Origin: an uncultured cyanobacterium
GTDB taxonomy: Bacteria > Cyanobacteriota > Cyanobacteriia > Phormidesmidales > Phormidesmidaceae
NCBI GenBank assembly: GCA_963833005.1
Contig: CAWHWK010000004.1
Span: forward strand, 19,173-83,172
Reading direction: 5' to 3'
Length of the DNA stretch: 64,000 nt
The notes beneath the pieces were generated by a model. It did not search any database. It saw only the letters and a program-made list of their open reading frames with translations, and had not been told where the DNA came from. Shown in pieces: positions 52,187 through 62,702 of this stretch. Position 1 is the stretch's first letter. Each line of letters starts with the position of its first letter. A program made the translations under genes and the position numbers.

Positions 52187-52216
52187 ACACGCTCAGTTTC
52201 TACACGCTCAGTTTAT
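52187..52216. repeat. 15-bp tandem repeat x2 overlapping the hydrolase start codon
   Basis: ACACGCTCAGTTTCT ACACGCTCAGTTTAT(G). The ATG is at 52215. It is preceded by ACGCTATCTCGG / ACGCTATTTCGG at 52155 and 52171. The junction between the two units reads TTTCTACAC, the 9-mer shared with the 15171 repeat. Confidence 0.85.
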
Positions 52217-53201
52217 GAATATCTTTAACCCGTCTCTACCGTCTCCTGTAACGACCAGTACAGCCGGGAAGTCGTTAGAGCCCCTACTTTTGATGGCGGG
52301 CGGAGCCGCGATCGCCTACGCAGGCATTTGCTTCGCACTCTACAATGTTCAGCGCAAGCTCATTTTTCGTCCGCGACCCGAAATACTACGAACCCCTGCC
52401 GATGGTGGGCTGCCCTACGAAGATGTTTGGATTTCTATCACAGACCAGCCAGCGCAAAGCGAAAACAGACCAGAACAAGGGCTAAAACAAGACGTAGATC
52501 AGACAAAGCAAAGCGTAGACACACTGCACGGCTGGTGGATACCTAACCCCGGTAGCCAGCGCGTGCTGCTATTTTGCCACGGTAACTACGGCAATATTAG
52601 CTACAACCTAGAACGGTTGCAGTTTCATCATTCACTTGGCTTTTCTATTTTTGCTTTTGACTACAGAGGCTATGGCCAAAGCACTGCCTCAGCACAATAT
52701 CCTACCGAAAACAGCACTTACGCTGACGTTGACGCCGCTTGGCACTACCTGACTCATGAGCGCCAGATTGCGCCTGAGCGAATTACCGTCTGTGGCCATT
52801 CTATGGGCGGTGCGATCGCCATCAACCTAGCCGTTCAACATCCCGAAATCGCCCGCCTTATCATTAAAAGCTCCTTCACTACCATGAAAGCAGCTATTGA
52901 TGCTAAAAAAACGTACCGCTTCTTTCCAGTCGAACAGCTCCTACAGCACCCCTTTGATTCTTTGAGTAAGGTCAAAGATCTAAAAATTCCCGTCCTCTAT
53001 GTCCACGGCGATCAAGACTTTGACGTACCCGCCGACATGAGCAAAACTCTCCACGCCGCCACGCCCGGACCCAAAACGCTTTGGATTGCCCCCGGCGCAG
53101 ACCACAACAACATCAGCGCCGTACAGCATGACGCCTACGCCGCCGTGATTACCGCCTTCTGTGCTGATAGCTATGCCGACAAACAGCTACAGTCAGCCTA
53201 G
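52215..53201 (+). CDS. Alpha/beta-hydrolase (S9/S33-like serine hydrolase) with an N-terminal TM anchor
   Basis: The nucleophile elbow is GHSMGG. Also LFCHGN..N, HGDQDFDVP and ADHNN. An N-terminal hydrophobic helix is present (LLLMAGGAAIAYAGICFALY). Confidence 0.8.
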   Translation: MNIFNPSLPSPVTTSTAGKSLEPLLLMAGGAAIAYAGICFALYNVQRKLIFRPRPEILRTPADGGLPYEDVWISITDQPAQSENRPEQGLKQDVDQTKQSVDTLHGWWIPNPGSQRVLLFCHGNYGNISYNLERLQFHHSLGFSIFAFDYRGYGQSTASAQYPTENSTYADVDAAWHYLTHERQIAPERITVCGHSMGGAIAINLAVQHPEIARLIIKSSFTTMKAAIDAKKTYRFFPVEQLLQHPFDSLSKVKDLKIPVLYVHGDQDFDVPADMSKTLHAATPGPKTLWIAPGADHNNISAVQHDAYAAVITAFCADSYADKQLQSA

Positions 53202-53242
53202 TGCTAAAACTAGTGAGGCTTATGCAGCCAGCCTTTTAACCA

Positions 53243-53857
53243 TTGCCTATGCGCACTCGTCTATTGCAGCTTTTGACCCACTGGCTATCTCAGCTAACGG
53301 GTACTTCAACCCATAAGCCCGCTCCCACTAAACCGTCTCAGGCTCCTACCCCTCCTGCGACTAAAGCGGCCCTTTACGATCTGCAAACAGACGATCTGCA
53401 AACAGAAATCCGCTTAGCGCGAAAGTTTTCGTTAGCGGAAGCTATTGGGCGTGAGGGCGGTAGCTTTATGAAAGGAGAATCGGCCATTCCTCGCCCGCTG
53501 CGCGCAGCCACTGAACTCAATCGGTTCATCACCACCCATTTGCGCGAACCCACTGGCGCATTAGCAACCACCCTCTACACCTGGTCTAGTCACGATATTC
53601 GAGTCAGTCGCCAGCTAGATACGCCCTTAGTCGCGCTCGCTCAAATTATTGAGAGCCTCTTGACTGAACCCACAATTTTTCTTGAATTTGCCCGTCAGGT
53701 GGCGATCGCACACAGCCGTCTTACCGGCGATCGCCCCTACTTTCAGCAGCCAGGCCAGCTTGCGCCGCCCGACGCAGAGCACACCCATCAGTCCATCACC
53801 CAGGCGCTGACGGCCTTACTCAATCAGCTCTACGCGCAGATCGACGAAGCCTCTTAG
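53243..53857 (+). CDS. Hypothetical protein
   Basis: A 204-aa ORF with a Pro/Thr-rich N-terminal region and an in-frame [10 protein letters not shown] duplication. I recognise no family. Its stop overlaps the convergent cofH stop. Confidence 0.4.
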   Translation: MPMRTRLLQLLTHWLSQLTGTSTHKPAPTKPSQAPTPPATKAALYDLQTDDLQTEIRLARKFSLAEAIGREGGSFMKGESAIPRPLRAATELNRFITTHLREPTGALATTLYTWSSHDIRVSRQLDTPLVALAQIIESLLTEPTIFLEFARQVAIAHSRLTGDRPYFQQPGQLAPPDAEHTHQSITQALTALLNQLYAQIDEAS

Positions 53858-55011
53858 CGAGTCTTTGCATGAGCTTCAGCGACTTGCCGTATTTGACCAT
53901 AGAGCGTATCTCTTTGACGTGACGGTCGGCCTACAGATGCGATCGCACCAATCAAATCAGCCTCGCTCTGGCAGGTGCCCCCTACCGCCCCCGCCATTGA
54001 CGTAATGTGTTCCTCCATCAAAATGCCGCCAATATCATTACAGCCCCACCGTAAAGCTTCCGTCGCACCCGCTAGTCCTAGCTTTACCCAGCTCGGCTGA
54101 TGGTTCACAATCCAGTTGCCTAGAAAAATGCGAGCCACCGCCGTTAGCAGCAGCGCATCTGCCAGCACCGGCTGATCGCGCCCAACTCTTCGCCGCAGCG
54201 GTTTAGGAGCCTCTTGGCCTACAAACGGCAGCAAAATAAACTCTGTTATTCCCGTATGGCCCGCAGCCTTGGCCCTCTGCTGTAGCTGCCTCAGTAGCTG
54301 AAAGTGCACCATCTGCTGCTCTACTGTCTCAATATGGCCAGAGAGCATTGTGCTGGTCGTCGGCAGCCCCACCTCGTGCGCAAGTCCAACAATCTCGATC
54401 CACTCTGCCGCCGTTGTCTTTTCCGGACACAGTATCCGCCGAACGCTATCGTTTAGCACCTCTGCTGCCGTCCCCGGCAAAGAGCCCACACCCACATCTC
54501 GCAAAGCTGCTAACACTGCTTTTAGGCTCAAACCGTCTTCCCTGGCGATAAACTGCACTTCCTGCGGAGAAAATGCATGAACGTGCAAATCGGGCGATGC
54601 GGCCTTAATCGTTTCCACCAACTGGCAGTAATAGGCCAAAGAAGACCCGCTAACTTTTGCCTGAGGATTCAACCCGCCCTGCATACAAATTTCTGTTGCA
54701 CCGAGGCTAGCGGCCTCACGGGCCTTTGCCAAAATGCCACCCCAGTCAACCCAGTAGGCCCCCGCTTGATCCGCATCGCGACGAAAGGCACAAAAGCTAC
54801 AGTGCTGCTCGCAAATGTTGGTGTAATTGATGTTCCGATTCAAAACATAGGTCACCGTATCGCCTGACTGCTTTGCTCTGAGTATATCCGCCGCCTCACG
54901 AATGGCCTCGCGCTCTGCGGCTTCGCTCACCTGCAGCAGCGCAACGCCATCTGCCACAGAAATATCATCTCCCAACAGCGCCCGCTCTAAAACTTTCTCA
55001 ATCACTGACAT
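53854..55011 (-). CDS. cofH: Radical-SAM FO synthase subunit CofH (5-amino-6-(D-ribitylamino)uracil--L-tyrosine 4-hydroxyphenyl transferase)
   Basis: [21 protein letters not shown] carries the CxxxCxxC cluster. The remainder is colinear with CofH/MqnE-type enzymes. I prefer CofH because cyanobacteria make FO for photolyase and generally use the Men pathway rather than futalosine. MqnE is not excluded. Confidence 0.65.
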   Translation of the reverse strand: MSVIEKVLERALLGDDISVADGVALLQVSEAAEREAIREAADILRAKQSGDTVTYVLNRNINYTNICEQHCSFCAFRRDADQAGAYWVDWGGILAKAREAASLGATEICMQGGLNPQAKVSGSSLAYYCQLVETIKAASPDLHVHAFSPQEVQFIAREDGLSLKAVLAALRDVGVGSLPGTAAEVLNDSVRRILCPEKTTAAEWIEIVGLAHEVGLPTTSTMLSGHIETVEQQMVHFQLLRQLQQRAKAAGHTGITEFILLPFVGQEAPKPLRRRVGRDQPVLADALLLTAVARIFLGNWIVNHQPSWVKLGLAGATEALRWGCNDIGGILMEEHITSMAGAVGGTCQSEADLIGAIASVGRPSRQRDTLYGQIRQVAEAHAKTR

Positions 55012-55060
55012 CAGTTACACACTACCTATCGCTTTGTCTTACTAGCCTAGCCTAATAACT

Positions 55061-55143
55061 CTTAAGAGATGGCGCTTAAGAGACAGCGCTTAAGAGACAG
55101 CGCTCAAGAGACAGCGCTCAAAAGACAGCGCTCAAGAAATAGG
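55061..55143. repeat. 14-bp tandem repeat, 5 full copies plus a partial sixth (about 5.9 copies) that contains the GGCT-gene stop codon
   Basis: CTTAAGAGATGGCG CTTAAGAGACAGCG x2 CTCAAGAGACAGCG CTCAAAAGACAGCG CTCAAGAAATAGG. The stop (TCA on plus) is at 55132-55134. Confidence 0.9.
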
Positions 55144-55587
55144 CCAGTCACCATCCGGCACAAGGACACCCCCTTGGGCACGCACTAGAGACACCGACAT
55201 GCGATAGACCCAAGCCTGCTGAAGTCGCTGATAGCCCAAATCAAAAATATCTAGCTGCGATCGCTCATAGTCATTCTCAGCAGATCCAACAGATTGATAG
55301 CCCTCTAACCAATCTAGCTGACGTAAGATATCCGAACAAAGTCGTGGCGGCTGCGAAAAGATCAACAGATATCCTTTCACCCAACTATCACCATCTGTTA
55401 TGGCCGGATAGCCCAAGTGAGGAAAATCAAACAGCCGACCGCGAACAGCAGCTTGAACAGCTTTAGGAGAGTAAGCGCCGCAATAGCGCTCATAGTATCT
55501 ACCGCCAGGCTTCAGCGTGCCGTACACAAACACGCAAAGCTCAGCAATAGTCTCGTTTGAATTAGACACCGTTTTGATGTTTTCCAT
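55132..55587 (-). CDS. Gamma-glutamylcyclotransferase (AIG2/GGACT-like) family protein
   Basis: The VFVYGTLKPGGRYYERY motif (YGTL..G) and the overall size fit the family. Confidence 0.7.
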   Translation of the reverse strand: MENIKTVSNSNETIAELCVFVYGTLKPGGRYYERYCGAYSPKAVQAAVRGRLFDFPHLGYPAITDGDSWVKGYLLIFSQPPRLCSDILRQLDWLEGYQSVGSAENDYERSQLDIFDLGYQRLQQAWVYRMSVSLVRAQGGVLVPDGDWPIS

Positions 55588-55684
55588 ACGCTTTTCTAGT
55601 CTCTAGATTCAATTCTCCAAGTCAACTGCCAGATCACCTACAGCTACAGCTCCAAATACAGTTGAAAATGTTATTGTTAACCCA

Positions 55685-56479
55685 TTGCAGCGCGACATCA
55701 ATGCTATGGTGCTTTCCACTCCATCATCCGCTACTAAGCTCAATAGTAAGCAAAATATTGGACCCAGTACCGAGCCTACCGTTGCTTGGGAAGCGCTCCC
55801 GGATGATTTCGTTTTGCCTGATGATCCCGTGGAAAATATTCAACAACCCTCCCTAGCCGCTGCGCTCACCGACGCGTTAGGTGCCAATGACCGTATTCTG
55901 CCATCTATGTTGATGGGCTCTAACTTTGCCCTATTTGCCACAGTCAATAAGCGCAACGTAGTCAAGGCACCCGACTGGTTTTATGTCCCCCAGGTTCAGC
56001 CCGTTCCTGAAGAGACGATTCGGCGCAGCTACACGCCCCACTTGCAGGGCGAGCCGGTGGCGATTGTGATGGAGTTTCTATCGGCAGAAGATTGCGGTGA
56101 ACTCTCCGTTAGGGCAACGCCTCCCTATGGCAAGCTCTACTTTTACGAACAAATTTTACGGGTGCCCACCTACGTCACCTACGATCCTTACGAACCGGGC
56201 TTGCAGGTACGCCGCCTGGATAATAACCTAGACAATAATCAGTACGTTTTGCAAGCTGCTGACGCCAACGGTCGTTTTTGGCTACCAGAGCTACAGCTAG
56301 CCCTGGGGCTATGGAAAGGAGAGCGTCTGGGGAAGACAACTTACTGGCTGCGCTGGTGGGATGAAGCAGGCAATCTGCTCTTGTGGAGTTCTGAGCAAGC
56401 TGAGGCTGAACGACAAAGAGCCGATAGGCTAGCGGCTAAGCTGCGGGAGCTAGGCGTCGATCTAGAAGATCTAGGCTGA
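55685..56479 (+). CDS. Uma2-family (DUF820) PD-(D/E)xK endonuclease-like protein
   Basis: LPDDFVLPDDPVEN..Q; KAPDWFYV; VAIVMEFLSAE..GE; YGKLYFYEQILRVPTYVTYDPYE; then a C-terminal coiled-coil tail. This family is massively expanded in cyanobacteria. Confidence 0.75.
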   Translation: MQRDINAMVLSTPSSATKLNSKQNIGPSTEPTVAWEALPDDFVLPDDPVENIQQPSLAAALTDALGANDRILPSMLMGSNFALFATVNKRNVVKAPDWFYVPQVQPVPEETIRRSYTPHLQGEPVAIVMEFLSAEDCGELSVRATPPYGKLYFYEQILRVPTYVTYDPYEPGLQVRRLDNNLDNNQYVLQAADANGRFWLPELQLALGLWKGERLGKTTYWLRWWDEAGNLLLWSSEQAEAERQRADRLAAKLRELGVDLEDLG

Positions 56480-56592
56480 GTATGGCAGATGGGTATGGGG
56501 TGAAGAACTCATCTACTAAGCGATCGCATTCAGCCCGTCACCGACTAAAATACAACCCTAGTAACCCGAACGAATGAAGGAATTGTAGCGGC

Positions 56593-59214
56593 GTGGAATT
56601 GCGATATAGCCCAGCAGACATTGAAGCAAAGTGGCAAAAATACTGGGCCGACCACGAGCTATACAAAACGCCTGAGTCCGGTTCAGAAAAAACGTTCTAC
56701 GCCCTGTCCATGTTTCCCTACCCCTCGGGCGACCTGCACATGGGCCATGTGCGCAACTACACCATTACAGATGTGATTGCCCGCGTTCGCCGCATGCAGG
56801 GCTACCGGGTGCTGCACCCAATGGGCTGGGATGCCTTTGGCCTACCGGCAGAAAATGCCGCTATTAAGCGCGGCGTACCGCCTGCCGAGTGGACGCTCAA
56901 AAATATTGATCAAATGCGATCGCAGCTTCAGGCCCTCGGTCTTTCTTACGATTGGAATCGCGAAGTCGCCACCTGCCTGCCCAACTATTACCGCTGGACC
57001 CAGTGGATTTTTCTCCAGTTCTTTGATTCTGGCCTTGCCTACCAAAAAGAAGCCGCCGTCAACTGGGATCCGGTTGACCAGACTGTACTTGCCAACGAAC
57101 AAGTTGATAGTGAGGGCCGCTCCTGGCGCTCGGGCGCAAAAGTAGAGCGCAAGCTGCTAAAGCAGTGGTTCTTTAAAATCACCGACTACGCCGACCAGCT
57201 ACTTACTGATTTGGACAAGCTCCCCGGCTGGCCCGAGCGAGTAAAAACCATGCAGGCTAACTGGATCGGTAAATCTAAAGGCGCTCAGGTCAGCTTTAAA
57301 ACTGAAGCAGGTGAAGACCTTATCGTCTATACCACTCGCCCAGATACGCTCTGGGGCGCAACCTTCATGGTGCTCTCGCCAGAGCATCCTTTAATCGAGT
57401 CGCTTACAACCCCTGAGCAAGCAGCAGCAGTCAAGGCTTATCAAACTGCTGCGGCCAGCCTCAGCACCATTGATCGCACGGCTGAAGGCCGCGAAAAAAC
57501 CGGCGTTTGGACCGGTAGCTATGCGGTGAATCCGGTAAACGAAGAGAAAGTCCCTATCTGGACGGCTGACTACGTGATGATGGACTACGGCACAGGCGCA
57601 ATCATGGCCGTACCCGCTCACGATCAAAGAGACTTTGACTTTGCCCGTAAGTTTGAGCTGCCAATTACAGCCGTCGTGCAGCCTGAAGGCCAGAGTTTTG
57701 ACGGGGCAACGATGACAGAAGCGTACCCTCACGACGGGGTGATGGTAAATTCTGGGCCGCTAAACGGGGTCGTTGCGGGCAAAGGAAAAAACAAAAGCGT
57801 TGGTCGGGCGATCGCATACCTAGAAGAAAACTCGATTGGCCAAGGCACCACTAACTATCGCCTGCGCGACTGGCTGGTGTCTCGTCAGCGCTACTGGGGC
57901 GCGCCCATCCCGGTTGTTCACTGCGGCGAGTGTGGCACTGTTCCGGTGCCCGAAGCCGATTTGCCGGTAAAGCTGCCAGACAACGCAGAGTTTAGCGGTA
58001 AAAGTGTCGCGGCCCTGTCAAAATTTAGCGACTGGGTAAGCGTGCCCTGCCCAAGCTGCGGTCAGCCCGCCCAGCGTGAAACAGACACGATGGATACGTT
58101 TCTCGATTCGTCCTGGTACTTTTTGCGCTACGCCGATGCCAACAACACAGAAAATGCCTTTGACAAAGACCGGGTCAACGACTGGCTTCCGGTTGACCAG
58201 TACGTCGGTGGTATTGAGCATGCCATTTTGCACTTGCTGTATTCCAGGTTCTTTACCAAGGTATTGCGCGATCGCAATCTCCTCAACTTTGACGAACCCT
58301 TCGAGCGCCTGCTCACCCAGGGCATGGTGCAAGCTATCACCTACAAAAACGCAGACGGTCAGTTCATCATCCCAGACCAAATCACCGACTTAGCGAACCC
58401 AACCGATCCGCAAACTGGCGAAGCGCTCAAAGTCTCCTACGAGAAAATGTCTAAATCTAAGTTTAATGGCATTCCTCCCTCGCAGGTGCTGGCGAAGTAT
58501 GGCGCAGACACCGCCCGCATGTTCATCCTCTTTAAATCGCCGCCTGAAAAAGATCTCGAATGGGATGACGCTGACGTAGAAGGTCAGTTTCGATTTCTCA
58601 ACCGGGTCTGGCGAGCCGTGATGGACTTTGCTCAGGCTCAGTCAGATATTGGTCAAGGTATTGGCCAGATTGGTGGCCAGATCGGCGACAAAATAGCGCA
58701 TAGCAGCCTTAGCAAAGCAGACAAAACGCTACGGCGCGCCACGCACACCGCTATCAAAGAAATTACCGAAGATATTGAAGGTGACTATCAGTTCAATACA
58801 GCCGTCTCGGAGCTGATGAAACTCAGCAACGCTATCAACGACGCATCAGACAAAACCACCCCTGCCTTTGCCGAAAGCATTTGCACCCTGGTAAAACTCA
58901 TGGCCCCCTTTGCGCCCCACATTGCCGATGAGCTGTGGTCTTCACTATCTTCACTGACAGAGGCTACAGACTCTGTGCACCAGCAGCCTTGGCCTGTTTT
59001 AGACGAAGCGGCCCTAGTCGCAGACGAAATCACCCTCGTTGTTCAGATTATGGGCAAGACCCGAGGCACATTGCAGGTTCCGGCTAACGCCGACAAAGCA
59101 GCGCTAGAAACCTATGCGCGTGAGTCCGACATTGCGCAGAAATATTTGGCAGGCAAAACCATTAAAAAGGTCATCGTAGTGCCTGGAAAGCTAGTTAATT
59201 TTGTAGCGGTTTAG
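56593..59214 (+). CDS. leuS: Leucine--tRNA ligase
   Basis: GTG start ([18 protein letters not shown]). The HIGH-type motif is [11 protein letters not shown] and the KMSKS motif is present. The CP1 editing domain and zinc-binding cysteines are present. Confidence 0.95.
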   Translation: MELRYSPADIEAKWQKYWADHELYKTPESGSEKTFYALSMFPYPSGDLHMGHVRNYTITDVIARVRRMQGYRVLHPMGWDAFGLPAENAAIKRGVPPAEWTLKNIDQMRSQLQALGLSYDWNREVATCLPNYYRWTQWIFLQFFDSGLAYQKEAAVNWDPVDQTVLANEQVDSEGRSWRSGAKVERKLLKQWFFKITDYADQLLTDLDKLPGWPERVKTMQANWIGKSKGAQVSFKTEAGEDLIVYTTRPDTLWGATFMVLSPEHPLIESLTTPEQAAAVKAYQTAAASLSTIDRTAEGREKTGVWTGSYAVNPVNEEKVPIWTADYVMMDYGTGAIMAVPAHDQRDFDFARKFELPITAVVQPEGQSFDGATMTEAYPHDGVMVNSGPLNGVVAGKGKNKSVGRAIAYLEENSIGQGTTNYRLRDWLVSRQRYWGAPIPVVHCGECGTVPVPEADLPVKLPDNAEFSGKSVAALSKFSDWVSVPCPSCGQPAQRETDTMDTFLDSSWYFLRYADANNTENAFDKDRVNDWLPVDQYVGGIEHAILHLLYSRFFTKVLRDRNLLNFDEPFERLLTQGMVQAITYKNADGQFIIPDQITDLANPTDPQTGEALKVSYEKMSKSKFNGIPPSQVLAKYGADTARMFILFKSPPEKDLEWDDADVEGQFRFLNRVWRAVMDFAQAQSDIGQGIGQIGGQIGDKIAHSSLSKADKTLRRATHTAIKEITEDIEGDYQFNTAVSELMKLSNAINDASDKTTPAFAESICTLVKLMAPFAPHIADELWSSLSSLTEATDSVHQQPWPVLDEAALVADEITLVVQIMGKTRGTLQVPANADKAALETYARESDIAQKYLAGKTIKKVIVVPGKLVNFVAV

Positions 59215-59473
59215 GTGCGACAGCTATGGGGGTGGCAGATAGGATGACAGTTTAGGGGGCATTCAGATGGCAGTCTGGCCGTTTTTAGCTAGCTGTACAT
59301 GCCATCTTTTGTATGACGTTTTTGTATAGTAGGAGACATAGAACGACAAACTTTACCTCAAAAGACACTCGTTTACGGATAGAAGACTCCATTCTTACTG
59401 GTAAAATTTGCGTGGATACCGTAGATACACTGAAGATACACTGGCACTGAAAATACTCGTAGGGTTGCAATAA

Positions 59474-60268
59474 ATGGCTGCGCTGACGTCTCCGCAAATT
59501 CAGTCGGACGTTCGAATTGGACTAGGCAAAGTTTTACTGGTAGAAGATGAGGAGCTTATTCGTGAAACCGTTGCCCTGTCGCTAGCCGATGAAGGATTTG
59601 ACGTGTGCGTAGCAGATAACGGCCAGCGGGCGCTAGAGATGCTGTTAGGAAGCTCGACGAGTCGGCAGGCCAGCCAGGAGGACGGCGGAGGAAACGGAGG
59701 AAATGGCGCGATCGCAGATATTAACCTCGTCATTCTTGACCTGATGCTGCCGGGTATGAACGGCCTCGACCTGTGCCGTCTAGTGCGCCACCAGGGCATA
59801 GACGTACCTATCCTGATTTTGAGTGCAAAGGGCACCGAGACTGACCGGGTCTTGGGCTTAGAAGTTGGGGCCGATGACTATCTGACGAAGCCCTTCGGCA
59901 TGAGAGAGCTGATTGCCCGCTGCCGCGCCCTGCTACGCCGCGCCCAGTCACAGGGTAAAACAGATGAAAAGTCTATCCTCAGATTTGCCGATATTGCCCT
60001 GCACACAGAAGAGTGCCGCGTCTTTTTGGGCGACGAGGAAGTCAGCCTTTCTCCCAAAGAGTTTAAGATTTTAGAGCTATTGCTCAGCCAGCCCAAGCGC
60101 GTCTGGTCTCGCAATCAAATCATCGATCAGGTTTGGGGCTACGACTTTATGGGCGACAACAAAACCGTAGACGTGCATATTCGCTGGCTGCGAGAGAAGC
60201 TAGAAGAAAACCCCAGCCAGCCAAAGTATCTAAAGACTGTTCGTGGGTTTGGCTATCGTTTGGGCTAG
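59474..60268 (+). CDS. OmpR/PhoB-family response regulator (intact) with a Gly/Asn-rich insert in the receiver domain
   Basis: VLLVEDEELIRE...ILDLMLPGMNG...SAKG...GADDYLTKPF. The wHTH ends ..NKTVDVHIRWLREKLEENPSQPKYLKTVRGFGYRLG. No kinase gene is adjacent. Confidence 0.85.
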   Translation: MAALTSPQIQSDVRIGLGKVLLVEDEELIRETVALSLADEGFDVCVADNGQRALEMLLGSSTSRQASQEDGGGNGGNGAIADINLVILDLMLPGMNGLDLCRLVRHQGIDVPILILSAKGTETDRVLGLEVGADDYLTKPFGMRELIARCRALLRRAQSQGKTDEKSILRFADIALHTEECRVFLGDEEVSLSPKEFKILELLLSQPKRVWSRNQIIDQVWGYDFMGDNKTVDVHIRWLREKLEENPSQPKYLKTVRGFGYRLG

Positions 60269-60282
60269 CGACTATTTCCAAA

Positions 60283-60337
60283 CTCACTGCTAACTTACTG
60301 CTAACTTACTGCTAACTTACTGCTAACTCATTGAGTC
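60283..60337. repeat. 11-bp tandem repeat x5, 14 nt after the response-regulator stop
   Basis: CTCACTGCTAA CTTACTGCTAA x3 CTCATTGAGTC. Confidence 0.9.
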
Positions 60338-60419
60338 TTATTGATATCAATACTGACGATCCGCTCTAAGCGCTGTAGAATTCGACGGGAAACCACCGCC
60401 GTTTTTTCTACCGCCTACC

Positions 60420-62150
60420 ATGCCTGCAAACCGCCGCATCTCGTCTGCTCGATTGCCCTGGTCTCTATTGCCTTTGGTAATTGTGATGCTGGGGGTCGCC
60501 CTCACATTGTGGATGCAGACCTTCACGCAAAATGGCGTACTGTTTAGCGGCGACGGCGGGCTTAAAGCGCTAATTGCCCAGCAGCTTGCCCAGCAAATGC
60601 GTGCTGGCAGCTTTCCGCTAGACGTTGCTTTAGACCTGCCCGCTGCCGACTGGGTCGAGGCCGTTTGGCAAGCTGGGCTGTACCCTTTTACGCCGCCTTT
60701 TGTGTATGAGGTTGGCGCGCGGCACTTCATTACCTTTCCCTTTACCTTTCCGCTGGTGAGCGCCCCTTTTTATGCGCTGCTAGGCGATCGCGGTCTATAC
60801 GTGGTGCCGCTAGTATCGCTGTGGCTAATCTGGATTCGGTTTTGGCAAATTGGCCTGCGGGCGGGCTGGGGGATAACGTCCTTGTGCATAGGTTTGATTG
60901 CGCTAATTTTTGCCTCACCGCTGAGCCTGTACGGAGGAACTTATTGGGAGCATACGCTCGCTGTCGTCCTGGCTTTTTGGGGCGTTAGCGGTCTCATGTT
61001 TCCAAAACAGGCGGGCTTATCGCGGCGAAGGCTTTTAGGCTGCGGCATTTTGATTGGCCTATCGGTTTGGTTTCGGCCCGAATTTTTATGCTTAGTGGCG
61101 GCCACTAGCCTGCTAGCGCTGATTGGCTGGATTTTGCCAAAGTGGCGAATTGCCCCGGTTTTGACCTTGAGTAAGGCGTGCATTCTAATTGCCAGCATGG
61201 CTTGCAGTGTCGGTGTGTTCTTTGCACTTAACTACGCTATTTATGGCCATCCACTCGGCATTCACGCACAGCAAATTGTCGAAGAATCGGGGGTGAGCAA
61301 TCAGCTTGCGCAGGCTAAAGCTGGCTACGAGCAAATGCTGGGCGCTTTGCAGCAGTACTTTCCGCTGGTGTGGGTAGTTGGCGTAGCAGCTGTTTTGAGC
61401 GTGGCGCTGAAGCGATCGACGATAAAAGAAAACCGATTGAAAAGCACTCAGCTAAAGGAGCCTAAAGGGCACTATTTTGAGCGGTTAGGCATTCGCAAGA
61501 CGGCTGACAGCCTTTTAATTCCTGGTCGTTTCGCGCTGGCGCTGTGCCTTTTGTTTGCCTTGAGCGTGCCGCTGATTGTGCCGCCAGGAGCGGGCGGAAA
61601 ACAGTGGGGCCCAAGGTTTTATCTGATTTTGATGCCGCTGCTGTCATTGGTACTAGCAGAGCAGCTTAGACCTCACTTTTTTCGGGCATGGGGGCGGCGT
61701 CTGCTGATTTTGGCGGCAGCAGGGGCGATCGCACTTGGCATCCAGCTCAATACCATCAACGGTGCCTTTGCTACGTTCAAAGACGGATCTAATACCTCAT
61801 TGCGGGCAAACTATGAGCCAATTGCCCCAGCGATCGCGGCCTTTCAGCAGCAGCCGCTCCCCTGGTTGGCCATGTCTGACGAGTTCGTCGCTCAGCAGCT
61901 ATGGATCGCTCTGCCAGACAAAACCTTCTTCCGGGCCGAGACCATTGAGCAAGTTAAGCAGCTTGCCACCGCCCTAATCGCGCAAAACGAAAGTGAATTT
62001 CTCTATGTTTGCTATCCGCATAGAGAATGCCTGGTGCCTGAAACTGCCGGTAACAATTTGAACTTAGACGACGGCACCCACCGGTTAAATCTGATGTTTT
62101 TGGACGATTACGGTAAATATCCTGTGTACAAAGTGGAGATTGCCTCGTGA
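60420..62150 (+). CDS. Polytopic membrane protein, putative GT-C-type (ArnT/PMT-like) glycosyltransferase
   Basis: About 12 predicted TM helices over 400 aa, followed by a soluble C-terminal domain. Its stop overlaps the GtrA start (GTGA), and a GT39-like gene lies nearby. The family call is contextual. Confidence 0.45.
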   Translation: MPANRRISSARLPWSLLPLVIVMLGVALTLWMQTFTQNGVLFSGDGGLKALIAQQLAQQMRAGSFPLDVALDLPAADWVEAVWQAGLYPFTPPFVYEVGARHFITFPFTFPLVSAPFYALLGDRGLYVVPLVSLWLIWIRFWQIGLRAGWGITSLCIGLIALIFASPLSLYGGTYWEHTLAVVLAFWGVSGLMFPKQAGLSRRRLLGCGILIGLSVWFRPEFLCLVAATSLLALIGWILPKWRIAPVLTLSKACILIASMACSVGVFFALNYAIYGHPLGIHAQQIVEESGVSNQLAQAKAGYEQMLGALQQYFPLVWVVGVAAVLSVALKRSTIKENRLKSTQLKEPKGHYFERLGIRKTADSLLIPGRFALALCLLFALSVPLIVPPGAGGKQWGPRFYLILMPLLSLVLAEQLRPHFFRAWGRRLLILAAAGAIALGIQLNTINGAFATFKDGSNTSLRANYEPIAPAIAAFQQQPLPWLAMSDEFVAQQLWIALPDKTFFRAETIEQVKQLATALIAQNESEFLYVCYPHRECLVPETAGNNLNLDDGTHRLNLMFLDDYGKYPVYKVEIAS

Positions 62151-62647
62151 GATCGCAAAAGTCGCTCGTCAGAAAACTCTATCAGCTGCCGATTGGCCGC
62201 TTTCTGCGCTTTGGCGTAGTTGGCTTTAGCGGCCTGTTTGTCGATTTTGCCGTCTTTTACCTTTTGCGCGACGTGATTGGCCTGCCGCTCTATTGGAGTA
62301 CAGTGCTTTCGATTGAAGCTGCCATTATCAATAACTTTTTGTGGAACGACGCCTGGACCTTTGCCGATCTCGCCCAAAAGCAAAAAGGCTGGCAGGCCAG
62401 GGCGCAGCGACTCGGCAAGTTCAATGCGGTTTGCCTAATCGGTGCGCTGCTGCAAATCGGCATTATGACCTTGCTATTAAGCATTCCAGCGGTTAATCAG
62501 CTGCCTGCGATCGCCAATCAGTTTACAGACGCCACCTGGGCCGACAAAGCCAATGAGTACGTGGCCAAACTGGTTGCGATCGCCATTGTCATCCTCTGGA
62601 ACTTTTGGATTAACCTCAAGCTAAGCTGGCGCACGCCCAAATCCTAG
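62147..62647 (+). CDS. GtrA-family membrane protein
   Basis: RFLRFGVVGFSGLFVDFAVFYLL....L.....S.E.AIINNFLWND.WTF. Four TM helices are present, as is typical of GtrA. Confidence 0.8.
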   Translation: MRSQKSLVRKLYQLPIGRFLRFGVVGFSGLFVDFAVFYLLRDVIGLPLYWSTVLSIEAAIINNFLWNDAWTFADLAQKQKGWQARAQRLGKFNAVCLIGALLQIGIMTLLLSIPAVNQLPAIANQFTDATWADKANEYVAKLVAIAIVILWNFWINLKLSWRTPKS

Positions 62648-62689
62648 CCCAAATCCTAGTCTCAGAAGCCCTAGCCTCAGAAGCCCTAC
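62636..62689. repeat. 12-bp x2 then 15-bp x2 tandem repeats, the first containing the GtrA stop codon
   Basis: CCCAAATCCTAG CCCAAATCCTAG TCTCAGAAGCCCTAG CCTCAGAAGCCCTAC. The stop TAG is at 62645-62647. Confidence 0.9.
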
Positions 62690-62702
62690 CAAGCGGGCAC
62701 CT

